A stretch of DNA of 64,000 bases, from assembly GCA_965178125.1 (NCBI GenBank), contig OZ237761.1:124001-188000 (forward strand), given 5' to 3'. The DNA is from Bilabrum cf. latius (lineage: Eukaryota). Shown here piece by piece: positions 1 to 11,649 of this stretch. The stretch's first letter is position 1. Each line of letters opens with the position of its first letter. The translations under genes and the position numbers were made by a program. The notes beneath the pieces are model-generated. The model saw nothing but the letters and a program-made list of their open reading frames with translations, was not told the origin of the DNA and did no database searches.

Positions 1-2672
1 CGGTGCGCGAATCCCTTGTCGCAATTGCCTTCGATAGCCCGCTTCGACGAATGTCGGATGACCAGCTCAGGCCAGAGTTTGCGGAGGCATGGTCCCTGCT
101 CATGAGAGGCATGCAGGCCGTGCGGCTTGGCACCTTAGTGACCGTCGACCTGTCTCTGGTGTCATCTTCGTTCGTCAGATCGATGTCTTCTCATGGGCCG
201 GCACCAAGCCCATCCGATGGTCTCGGGGGTTCAGATCTGCAAGAGCTTTGTCGCGTCTTATTGCAAGAAGGTGCTGCCACTGCTGCAAATGGTGACAATC
301 CGATAGGCCAGCATCGACCGGCATCTCAAGTGCAGCCTTGCGAGGCACACCGACTTCCTGCGACTGTAGAGTTGCTACTGCAGTGCAAGCAGCCATTAAC
401 TTTGCAGGAGGCCATGGCAAGAGCGGCGTTGATTGGCAAGGCAATGAACCCACCACAATCAGGTAGAGTTGGACAGGGGAGCGGTGCAGCATCCGCCCCC
501 CGGCCAAGCCCATTCGAGATGGCCGTCCGATGGAACTGTTCGGAAACGATTCGGGCTTGGTTGCGCGGAACACTGCAGACGACTAGCAGCTCCTCGAGGA
601 TGGATCCGGGTACTTTGCTCGTTATTCAACTCGGCTTAATCGATGCTACTTTGCGCGATGCTGGTGCAGTAGTAGCTTGCATTCTGCAAGAGTGTACAGA
701 ATTCGTGGAGGTGCTTTATATGGTCGACAACCATTGCCTTCAGTAGCTGGCATCACCGAATGGTGCATCTGAGGGCGAATCACCTACCAGGGAGCGGAGC
801 GACACAATGTGCAGGGATGATTGGAAGCAGCTCATTTCGCAGCGCAAGTGGGAAGAATGGCTCCCAAGCATCAATACATCACACTTCTCCTGCTTGGAGT
901 CAACAGCTTGGAGTATGCACTCTGCTGACGAAGCAAAGGAATCGGTTCGGTTGTTGTGGGCTCTGGTGAATCGCAAGTTCAGCGTCGCTCGTGTCTTCTG
1001 GAGGTACTGCTCCGAGCCTCTGCGGATGGCTCTGTACGCGGCACAGGTTCTGCGGAAGCTAGCAGGCACGGATGATGCAGCGCGCACCATGCTGCTGAGT
1101 GAAGCGGACTGGTACGAACGGTTTGGTATATAGGTGCTCGAGCACGGTGGTACTAGCAGGGACTTCCGTGGGTGGGACAAAAAGGATCGGCAGAACGTTT
1201 CACTGTGGCTTAGGTCCACAGCACCGAGGTCTCAAGTGATATGCGATGCCATTCTTCAGTAGTACTCGGTGTCAAAACACATCGAGCATGGTAGGTGCTG
1301 TTGGTACATGTGTTGGTCTTGCTGTCGGGATATGCCGTCTTGCTGTCAGAGTTGTTTCTGCTGTCGGGATGGCCTGACTCAGGTGACCCGCCTCCACCGC
1401 GGCTCAAACATCATCCGATTGGCTCAACGCTCTGAGTCAATGGAGTTTATGGGCCATCCGGTGGTGCAGAGGCAGCTGCGATGTCTTTGGCGACACAACA
1501 CTTGGGAGAAGCCATCGGGGGGACTGACCACAGTATGGGGATGCTGCCGAGTATGGGACTGCTGTGCAAGCTAGGACTATTCTGCTAGGAACAACTGGTT
1601 TAATGCACCACGCACGCGGTGCTGGTTGCATTCGATTTCTCGGGTTGCCCTCACTATCCTTCATGCTTGGGTGGTTCTTCAACACTACGATGAGCCGCGA
1701 GCTCGGCTATTTCTTCCCATTCTCTTCTTCGTATGGAAGGGCCTGCAGCTTTTGGAGGACAGTCTAGTTGCTGCTAGGCTGGGCATCCACGACATCTCCG
1801 TGTGGGATGCGCTTGGTACTCTTGATTACGCGGCAATGTTTGTAAGCCTAGGGCTGTTCACGGCTGCTGGCATTGGTGACAATGGTATCTTGCACGACTA
1901 TTCGATGGATGTGCTTAGCGTCTCGTTCATTGTGGCGTGCATCCGTCTCCTGGACATCCTCGCAGTCATAGAGTTCTTTGGCCCGATGGTTATCACCATC
2001 AATCGGATTCTCTTTCTGGATATCACGCTGTTCCTTGTCCTCCTGGTAGTATTCGTGGGGGGGTTCGCAGTCACGATCACGGCGATCTTCGTTGTTAGGA
2101 ATCCAGACGCAGGGAACGGTGGGGATTTTTCGGGTCTGGAAGACTTGCTATGGTCCATGTTCGGGGATTGGACCCTACCGCTGTCGAACGCAGACAGAAA
2201 TGAGCACGGCAGTGACTTCTACCTCGGTCTTGGCAAGGCTCTGCTGGGTCTACACATGCTGCTGTCCACCATCGTGATTGTGAACTTGCTCGTGGCCCTG
2301 ATGACCTCCTCGTACGAGAACACGCACAGAGGCGCCCAGCTCCGGTTTAACTTCTCTATGGCGCTGCATGTGCGCAAGCACCGTCTCCTGTCTGCTCTCC
2401 CTGCTCCACTCAATCTGGTTGGTTGGATAGTTGGTAGGTCATGCTGGGAATACGGTTGCAGTTAGAACACTGAAGAAGCAGAGGTGGATGCATCAAGTGG
2501 TGGTCCATCCATCAGTTGGAACTAGGTCTCTCTCGAGACAGGGCAGCAGCTACCTGTCATGCGGGCCCTCAAGGAAGATGAGAAAACCAAGGTCAGGTTC
2601 ACGAGGTATCGAGCCTAGCGGAGGCTTGTGGCGAGACTAGAGGCAGAGGAGAAGAGACAGGAGACCCTGTGA
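1..2672 (+). CDS. TRPM-like cation channel, copy 1 (5' part outside the window); read through 7 in-frame TAG codons
   Basis: Track ORFs 3-746, 807-1133, 1269-1574 and 1626-2465 share one frame and are separated only by TAG. First TGA is at 2670-2672. TRP-type features: LLWALV..AR.FW, TM segments, FFGPMVITI, pore LLWSMFG, S6 IVIVNLLVALMTSSY, LPAPLNL. The terminal TGA overlaps a possible GTGAGT donor. Confidence 0.85.
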
Positions 2673-3436
2673 GTCCATCCGAGGCGCGCCAGGCAGTCAT
2701 GCGGGCGGAAATCAGCAGGGCCAAGCCAGCTGCATTTCAGGCGTAAGACCACTGCGGCAATTGGATGATCGCGCGTGCCCAGCACTCCCCGCACGTCTTC
2801 CTCGGTCGGGACTGGCAGGTCGTCGCACACCGCATCTGTCCAGCCTTTAGTACGCGTTTGATGCCCCCGAAGTCCGCCGCACCTGGATTGGCCTGGTAGT
2901 GCAGATTTTCGGTGGAGCAAGCATGGTGACCTAGACCTGGCAAGTTCACTTGCACATCAGGATTGAAGGGACGAGAGCGGCTGTAATCCGGACGTGGAGG
3001 TGGGCACCGACAGCAAGAGAGATTGGAGAGATGAGGCTCGTTAAGGATTGGGACACCGGCACAGGCGACGATAGTGCGGTGTCAATGAAAGGAAACAAGG
3101 AAACAACGGGAGGGGACTTTGGGTACAAGGCACATCTGAATTCCGGATGGGAGACAGGTGGCATTCTCAGAGGCATCGGGCGTAGCCTATATATATCGGG
3201 GGGTATAGCCAGCATCCCAGATTGAGCGGAGCAGATTGACCCAACAGGCAATGGTACCTAGTTACGGGTATTACGTGAATTGAGCAAGTGAAGAAGATGC
3301 ATTTTTTGCTATGTCAGCTATACCCAATCCGATCTGGGTTACAACGTTATTGCGTAAGGGGCAAGGTAAGAATCACTCTTTTTATAGCATGCCCCCCCCC
3401 CCCCCCCCTCCGCCTGCCAGCCCTCAAGTAGACTTA

Positions 3437-3671
3437 TCAGGAATCCGGATCATGCGCGGTACTTGGCCTGACCGTGGGCCAGCAGGCACACAGGTAGCCT
3501 CTTTGCACGAGACTGTTGCTGCCCACGTCTGGCTTCATTGATTCGCCTCCGCCAGCACTCTTTCTGCTGGCACCCTGCAAAGACTTCCTGAGCTCGAATT
3601 CGATGCGGGCCACGGTCCATTGCACTCCCCCCGACCCCGCCTGCACACTACACGAAGGCTCCTTTACCTGC
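3437..3671 (-). pseudogene. 3' remnant of the MaoC-like gene, truncated at the LINE junction
   Basis: Matches the last ~78 codons of the gene ending at 56467. The upstream part is replaced by LINE sequence. Confidence 0.85.
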
Positions 3672-6600
3672 CCGAGGTGAGTTGTGTAGCTAGGATAGCT
3701 ATGCACAACTGGCAGGACTACAACCCCTCGATGGCTCGTCCGAAGCTCTCATTGGCCCTTTGCTACAAGCGTCGGATTGCACGTCGGCACCGTTCTTGGA
3801 GTTGTTCGAGGGTGCCCTGGACGATTGAGAGCTCCAGGGAGTCTGTGTCTCCTCTTTGGACTTGTGTCAGCACCTGCTCCGTTTTGACGTGTTCCATCCT
3901 TAGTGCTCTCCCCACTGCCGTGGGTGCCCAGGGTACGTCCGTGTGCGTGGCTTCCGCGCGCATCATTTCGGCCTGTACCAAGCGTTCTCCACTGTGGTGC
4001 ATGGTCCCTTCCCTAGGGTAATGCCCAGTGAACCATCGTAAGATGAGTCGGCCATCTTGGCCTCGCCAGGTGCTCCGTGCTGTCGCTGGCATGGCCGATG
4101 GACCGAGGATCCGGGAATTGTCCAAACCGATGCAGCTCTGTAGGTGCCTCATGCCTACAGAATCCTCTCGAACTTTGCCCAGGCGTCTGTCGCTACCGAA
4201 TGCATCGTTTCTGCTTCGCGCAGTATACCGGCAGCGTGCGTGCTGGAGCTCGATTTCAGCAGTGCAGTCGCGTCCCGTAGGATATCCCATATACGGGCAC
4301 AGCCACGAGGTGAACGTTCGTTGCTTGCGGTTCTTGGTGTTGAAGATCATCTGCAAGGCGGACTGGTCTCGTGCGCCGTGTTGGCGCCTGTAGACTGCGG
4401 CCATGTTCGCCATAGGTCCCTGGGCACTAGGTTCGTGCTTGACCATGTACCACGCGGTTAACTGCATATGGGCAGGTGTGTCTCCGCTCAGCAGCACCAG
4501 TGAGCACCAGTGAGCACCAGTGACAGCTGTACGCCTGCGAGATTGCTCTGGCCATCGCGTCGGCCGGCCAGACCAGCGCCCTGACCGTGGCCTTCGGCAA
4601 GAAACGGCCGTCTCCTTTCTTAGGAAGTCGGGGGGATGCTTCGACCAGGGCGGCCCTGGCACAGTCTAGGACCTCGTTGACAAAGTTCAAAGCTGCCTTG
4701 TTCCAGACTATACCTGGTACGTAGGTGCATTTCACTGTCTTGCGTTTTAGCTCCTGCTCGAAGCCTGCTGGTGCCGCTGAGAGGTAGAGGTCTTGCAGGA
4801 CCGTCCCGTAAACTGCACTGTACAGGATCGAAGACAGCTGTGCAAGGCTCCAGTCGGAGTTCACGGCTGCTTGGCAGATGTCCGCAATGCTTCGTCTTGC
4901 CTTGCCAGCTTGCCTCTCCACGTGCTTCACTGGGTCCAGGACGTGGAGCTGTCTAGTACTTCCGTCAGCCATTTTGACCGGTGCCCGCCTGGTGTGCAGA
5001 CGGAAGCCGAGGTAGTCGTACTTGTGGACCAGTCGGATTGGCTCAGGTGGGGCCGCGGCTAAAGTACCAGGAAGTTGCTCTTGGATCCTGACGTTGAGCT
5101 CCTCTGGGGTGAATGCAACTGCACGTCCGCTTTCCACGTCGTCGTCCGTTGCTTCGAACGCCTCACGCGCCAGTCCGGTCGCCATTACGGCTGTCTTGCT
5201 TGTGTAGCCATTGTTGACTGCTCTTACGCCCAACTCATGGCCAGACTCATGGTGTCCGATGGAGAGCACTGCTACAGCCGTTAGCGAGCCGCTCTTGCAC
5301 AACATAGTGACGCAGGTGTCGTCCGCGTACAGCGTCTGTGGCTTCTTCTGTGCGATGTCCCAATCGGCTGTCAGCGGTGCCGCTTGCGGTCCTGCGCACG
5401 CCTGCCTGACGTACTCGTTCGCAGGTACCATTGATACCGCGAAGCCATCTGGGGAGATGGGATCTCCCTGGCATGTCCCCTTTCCTCGCTCGAATGGTTC
5501 CGATCGGGTGTTGCTTGGGCGGTGGTACACCTCCGCTTTAGCTTTCATACTGTTGACGAATGCGCTCGAAGCGGTCGCGCTCAGTCCAGCCTTCTTTAGC
5601 GTATACCGCATGATGGGTCACTGGACTCGGTCGAATGCTGCTTTCAAGTCTCCGAACATGAGCACGAGGCCCTGCTTCCCCGCGGTGAAGGTCTGCTGCA
5701 GAATCTTCAGGATCGCGATCACTCGGTCACGGCGCAGCGTGAAGCCAAACTGCGAGGCTCCTTTCGTTTGACGTTGAGCCATAACTTCCTGGCAGTTGCC
5801 GAGCAGAATGTTGCCCAATACCTTTGCAATCTCGTCTGCGTACTGGATGCATCTGTAGTCACTGCATCGGAAGTCACGGTCGTCCGGCTTGCCTTTGAAG
5901 GGTGGCGCAATGAAAGTGCGCAGGAGGGTCAGTGGGTACTATCCGCACACCATTGCGCAGTTGTGGATAGCTTGAAGGGCCTTGAGGAGTGTGTCAGGGT
6001 ACTTGCGTTCTCCGTCGGCGAAATCGAATGTGAGTCTGATTGCGCGTGTTGGCACCCCGCTCGGCCCCGTAGCCTTTCCGGACTTCAACTACTTGATTGC
6101 AGTCGAGATGTGTTCCTCGGCAGCGTCATCGGTCACCAGCATGCCAATTTTCGGGGATGTTGACATGTGTTGGCCCAGGACCTCGATGAATCTTGAGAGA
6201 CCCTCATCAGTGGACGTGTCCACTGTGTTGGCCGTTGCGTTGGTAGCGCTACTGGAGTAGTACGCCGCCTGGGCGTCCACTGCCTCCTAGGCATTGGAGG
6301 TCCGTGTCCCGTCTTCGCGGTCCACCGTTGCAATAGCTCGTTGCTTTGATCTTCTGGCCCCGAGTTGGCTCGATATCGTGCGGTACGCCTCGCGGGCAGG
6401 TAGGACCTTCAGAGCCTGTTGGAGTGCGTGGGCATCGCAGCGGATACGATCTCTGGTGAGACGTGTCACTGATATCGTGTCACTTCCTGCAGCCGCAACT
6501 ACTCGTTGAAGCACCATCTTGTTCGCGAGGTTGCTCGGTTGTAGGTCTGCGGGGGCCAGGGAGACAGTGCAGTCGGGAGCAGATGCTTGCCCCAATCGCA

Positions 6601-9330
6601 ATTGGTCGCTACCCTAGCCTGTACCCGTCGTCGCAGTTTGCTGATCCTTTTGATCATGGCGTTGGCCTCTGGGCACTTGCCAGACCCAATCTCCCTTAGT
6701 AACGTCTCGCGCCTGTCTGCGTGCTTGCTTTTGATCTTACGCAGCAGGGAGGCAGCTGTGTCCCGGATACAGACAGTCTCAGTCAGAAGGGATGCGTCCT
6801 TGTGTCGCTGGAGTCTTGCTCTTTGGGCCCTTTTTACCATGCGAGAGATCTTCGCACGGTGCTGGAGGCGGCTGCGTGGGGCTGCTTGTTGGCGCTGGGC
6901 TGGTCCAACCGCGGCCCCGCAGGCTTTGGAGTCACAGACTGCCAGCGTGGAGACCAGATGTTCCAATACTGTCGTGGCTTGGCCAAGGATGCTGGCCTTT
7001 TCATCTCCTCCCGCTCCCGAGTCTCCACCTAGTGTCAGGGCTGCTGTGCTCGCCTGCTTGCTCAGGTCCATCAGCTATGGCTATTCGGCCAGCAACTGTG
7101 CCATCTTCCTGCGGTATCGGCGGACTTGGGCTTTGGTACGTGGTCTCCGTAGCTTGTCTGGCGCCGTGTCTAGGGTAGCACTTGGATCGTTGTAAACTTG
7201 TGACCTGGTAGTCTCTACCCTCATGGCTACGGGTGAGTGATCCTAAGATCCGGGATTTCGAAGGACTGCACCTCCTGTCCAGAGCGCTGACCCAGCGAGG
7301 CCCACGTCTAGGCAATTACCTCCGCCATGTGTTGGCATCCACGGGGTCCGAAGGCTCAGACACGGTTCACCGTCCTCCCTGGTGGGGGCGTCCTCCATGA
7401 TGTCCGCTTCTCGGTGCGTGTTCAGGTCGCCAATCAAGACGGTCTGATCCAGGTCAAACTCGAACCTTTGCCCATTGCTTGTAGTCCAACCTGTTTGCAT
7501 GCACCTAAGTAGGCGCTTATAGTCCCCGCGATGCTCGCCGTCGAGGGGGTTGTAGCATCCAACTGCGTGAACTGTGCGGCTCCCTGCGACTGTCACATTG
7601 ACGATGAGGCAGTCCCGGATGTCCTGGGGCATATCTGCTGGCTGAATGGGGCAGAACTTGGTCATTAGTCGTGGGTTTGTGTTCCAGACCGCTGCAACCC
7701 CATGAGTGCCTCCTTCCGTGGGTGTTAGCCACACGCCTCTGTACGTCAGGTTTGGCACTGCAAGTGGCAGTAGCTTCTGGTCCATGGACGAGTCAGAGCT
7801 TCGGCCGTACTCCGTCATGAACAGCAAGTCAGGGGCTTGCGTTAGTTGGAGTGCACGCTCGATGGTACTCAGTTTCCTCGACTTGTTGACGTTCAGGTGG
7901 CCGCAGCGGAATTCTTGGGGGCGATGTGCCGCTTCCCAGGTAGTGGTCTAGTGCTTGGCAAGAGTCATTTCGTTCTCAGGAGTCATCTACTTGTGTGAGA
8001 TGGCACGGACTGTCTAGGCTGGGTCATCTCGGGCTTCTATCTCATGTCGCCGGTACTCTCGGTGTTCCCTGATGCGTCGTGATGGTGTGATGGTCCGTCT
8101 TGTCCCCGCGTATCCGACTGTGGACCGGTTCAGGTAGTCGCGGTTGCCGATCGCCGCTGTCTCCGGCCGACCTCGGCGGTCAGAGGAGAAAGCTGGCACC
8201 TCCAGTGTGCCGTTCTTACATTGTCTGTATAGTTCTCTGTCGTGCTAGTCCACGAGCTCGGACTCGCTGCCCTCGCAAAGGCTCTTGAAGAGGCTCTCCG
8301 AGGGGAACATGTCGTATGCCACTCTTGGTAGTTCCCGTCCGGCAATCTTGTCGAATGATCCTGCGTTGATCGACTTGGCCAGGGCTGCACGTTGCGCCTT
8401 CGAAGGGCTGCCCCAGAATCCTACTGCTGCGATGAACTTGTGTCCAAGACGTGGGCCTGGAGCTTTGTCGAACTTCGCCGGTGCGTAGGAGCCCAGGGTT
8501 AGACGTCGGAGTGTATTCGCAGAGATGTCCTCCCTGGTACCGTTTGCTACGCCGTCGACGTACAGGTATGGAGTCCTCTGTTCGCTGGCCATGGCCGTCG
8601 GCGAGGCCTTCATCGTGATGATCGAAGCGGCGTGGTCTATGCTGAGCAGGAGGACTCGAGAGGGAAGCTTCAGGTCAGGACCGTCGATGGCCCTTCTCAT
8701 GCTGTGTAGGAGGCTGGATACGCCCATGTCTGGGCTGGCCACCATTGGTCTGCACCACGTGTGGTCGTATCCATCCGCCGAGGCAAGGCGGGCCACTGCT
8801 GTCAGCATCCTCCCAATGGTGGTGCACCTATTTGCCGAGACGATGCAGTTGTCCGAGTCCTACAGGCGGCATGCCTACTGCATTGAGAGGGGGACAGCGC
8901 TGACGACCTGAAGGGCAAGCGTATGACACTGTTTAGCTGGGAGCCTGTACGATCCGACGACATGGTCTCCGGAGCTCTACCAATCCAGGAGGGCCTCTCC
9001 AGACGGGATGGGGCCCCCGTTGAGCTCGGCCATCGTCTCCACTGCGGACTTCATGTCCTCATCGGATGGGTGCTGGCTCGCCAGGGTGTCTTCTGTTGCA
9101 GCCTTTTCTGCCACGTTGTAGTTGGTGCCCAAAGTTCTGCACTTGACGCTGGGACAGGCGGTGCGTCGTCGTGTGTCAGGGCCACTGGTTCGTGCGGGAG
9201 GTCGAGCTCAAGTCCGTGTCTTGCGTAATCCAGAGCAGTTGAGTCTTGGGCAATGCACGCGGCCGAGGGTTTGCTCAGCAATATCCGGGGCATCGTTCGA
9301 GCGTTGACCAGCGCCTGAGGTCCTCTACGT
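3672..9330 (-). mobile_element. Non-LTR retrotransposon (APE endonuclease + RT), degenerate, 3'-truncated; 5' boundary approximate
   Basis: With TAG read-through one frame runs from ~9200 to ~6600 and contains APE motifs HLNVN, FMTE, IGDLN, CLD, DHSPV. RT motifs follow: KSGKATGPSG, DYRCI, DLKAAFDRV, QGDPISP, YADD, YLG. Lesions: frameshifts near 6600 and 4500, and a TGA at 5618-5620. Confidence 0.9.
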
Positions 9331-9341
9331 GGCTAAACTGA

Positions 9342-11649
9342 TGTTGTCTGCATTCCCATGAGGAAGTAGTGACCTCCAGTGGTATCAGTCCCATCGAGAG
9401 TCTGGGCACGCATGGCTACGCGAGCACGGCGGAGCGCAACATGCAGGCACTTCCGGTTTGGCTCTTGCAACCGGCTACTGGGCACCTGGTGTCCTACGCA
9501 GATGATGAAAGAGCCATTGTGCAAGACAAGCGAGGCGCTGCTATCGCTACGGTCGCCGCACAACTCAATCACGAACTGTCCGGGGGAAAGCTCGGGTATC
9601 GAAAGCCCAAGAACGGCAAGGGAAGCAAGACGGCCATCCTTGCCACAGGTAGAGCATTCAACTCATTCGGACTCACGGAGGACCAAGTCCGCTCGGGAGC
9701 GACTGCTATCTCCATCGAGGACCAGAAGCAGGCACTGGAAGAACTGAATGCGAAAGGCCTGAACCCAGCCCAACTCACGCCCGTCTTCGAAGAGATCCCG
9801 ATGGTGCTCTCATACGACTACCTAGGCGTCCTCATCTCTACCAAGCCGGTGGAAGTGAACCATACCGATGGATCCCAAGAGACACTGCGGCTGCTTGACC
9901 TCATGCCGCACGTGCATAGGCGCTGCGCGATGGCTGAGACCAGCATCAAGAGAATATCCAATGCTGCAATCAACAGCGACTGGAGCATCGAGCAGTTCTC
10001 CACCATCCTCTTCCAAGCAGTAGTGGGAACTGCCCTAGACGGCATCCACGCGGTGGCCGCGTGCACGGACCCCCCCGAGGTGCGAAGACCAGAATCTTAC
10101 AAGGACTAGCAAACTGGTACGAAGAAGGACGGCTCACACAACTACAAGCCAAGGTACAACAGCAAGGCTATCAGCAGGATTCAGAAAACTCTGGACACCG
10201 CCCGCCATGCCATTGCCTCCGGCATGGGCTGTGAACGCCCACAACGTGTGGACACCATGTTCCTTGGGGCCACCATGCTCCGACACCTCATCTGGGCACC
10301 GAGCGCCCTGACAAGAGCGGATCTCGCTACATACCGGGCAGCAGTGGACCGGATCAGTGAGGACTCCTTCGACCTCATTAGATACTCACTGTGGAAGTTG
10401 ATGGAAACGAACGAAATCTAGGGGACCAACCTTCCATGTGGGCCCCTCAGAAACATGGCAGCCATCCTCGTGCAGACACATGGCAATGCCCTGTAGGTGC
10501 TCAATCTAAGGACAACCACCAAGACAGACCGAGCGGTCCATACCGAGAGCTTCAAGGCCGTGCTGCACCATCGCAGTCTGGACAGATAGTGCCCGAAAAT
10601 GCACGAGACAAGCTCGCATGCTGAAAAGTACGCAAGGCTCTTCGATAAACACCCAGGTGGAAGGCGTGCGGGACTAAGCGACCTACTTGGAGTCTCCCAT
10701 GCACAGTGGTTTGGACCGAAGTGCATCCCACGAACGGTACGTACGGGACTGCCGGGAGCCGATTCTCGCCGTCTCCTCCGAAGACTGACAGGATACTACC
10801 CTAGGGCCTGCAGTGCCTCGGACAAGACCAAGGAACACGTCCTGGAATGCATGACGCAAGCAGAGTCCCTGCACAGCGCTTCAACAATTCCATGGCAGGC
10901 CACTGAGGCAGGCAGGAAAACGTGGATCAACAGTGTGACAAGCACGGACCCATGGCTCGCGAATGAACCCACAATCCGGGAGAAGCTGAGTGAGGTGGAT
11001 CGCCGCAGTACGTGGTCTCTGAAACGTCTCATTCGACACTTCCTCGCAAGGAATCCGGAGCTGGACACTACTTGCCCGCAGATTGCAGCTGTACAAGCCT
11101 TCCTCGAGGAGTCTCCGACTGTTCGCCGCAAGGCACTCTCCCTGGGAATACCCTTACCGCTGGCTATCTCCTGCCAGATACCCGGGGTGGAGACAAGCAT
11201 TGGATCGTGGTCCTCTGGCTCTACCTAGCGCAAGGTGCTCAGACGCCTAGAACGCCGACTCGACAAGGCATGGACAGTTCGGCTCGCCTCGGCAGCACAT
11301 GCCACCTCACAACTCAGAGACGAATTCATGGCCACTCTATCACGCCGACGTGCGTGGTGGCGGCGACCTGAAACATTGACGGTGCAGGCAGCATCAATCG
11401 CGATCTGCCCATCACCGTTCGCGTTCCCCAGATACTAAAGCAGTTTTGGGGGATACCGGTGCCACAGCGACCGCTGTGGTTGGGTGCGAGGGCTTGTCCC
11501 GCAACAACCCGCCTGTTTGGAATTCTGCTTTTACTATGTTAGGTGTTCTACCGCACAGTACGAGTAGTTTTTCGGATTTTCGAGTTGTGTGTTTGTACAC
11601 TATCGTGAATTGCATCTTAAACCAGAATTTCCTTCCTTCCTTCCTTCCT
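9342..11649 (+). mobile_element. 5'-truncated non-LTR retrotransposon of a related family (RT C-terminal half), with (TTCC)n tail
   Basis: Single frame 9342-11438 with 5 TAGs, ending in TAA. Contains YADD and YDYLG and is clearly similar to the minus-strand LINE (AINSDWS vs AVNSDWS). TTCC repeats at 11629-11649. Confidence 0.85.

Larger units (their letters stand above)
1..3671 (+). repeat. Segmental duplication, near-identical to 53034-56701
   Basis: Direct comparison of the two copies. Identity ends at cctttacctgc (3671 vs 56701). Confidence 0.95.

Noticed and set aside
5618-5620. TGA reassignment (for example to Trp) in the LINE RT
   Set aside because: Single case in a copy that also has frameshifts. 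TGA ends the E2, SGNH and other genes, so a TGG-to-TGA mutation is more likely.
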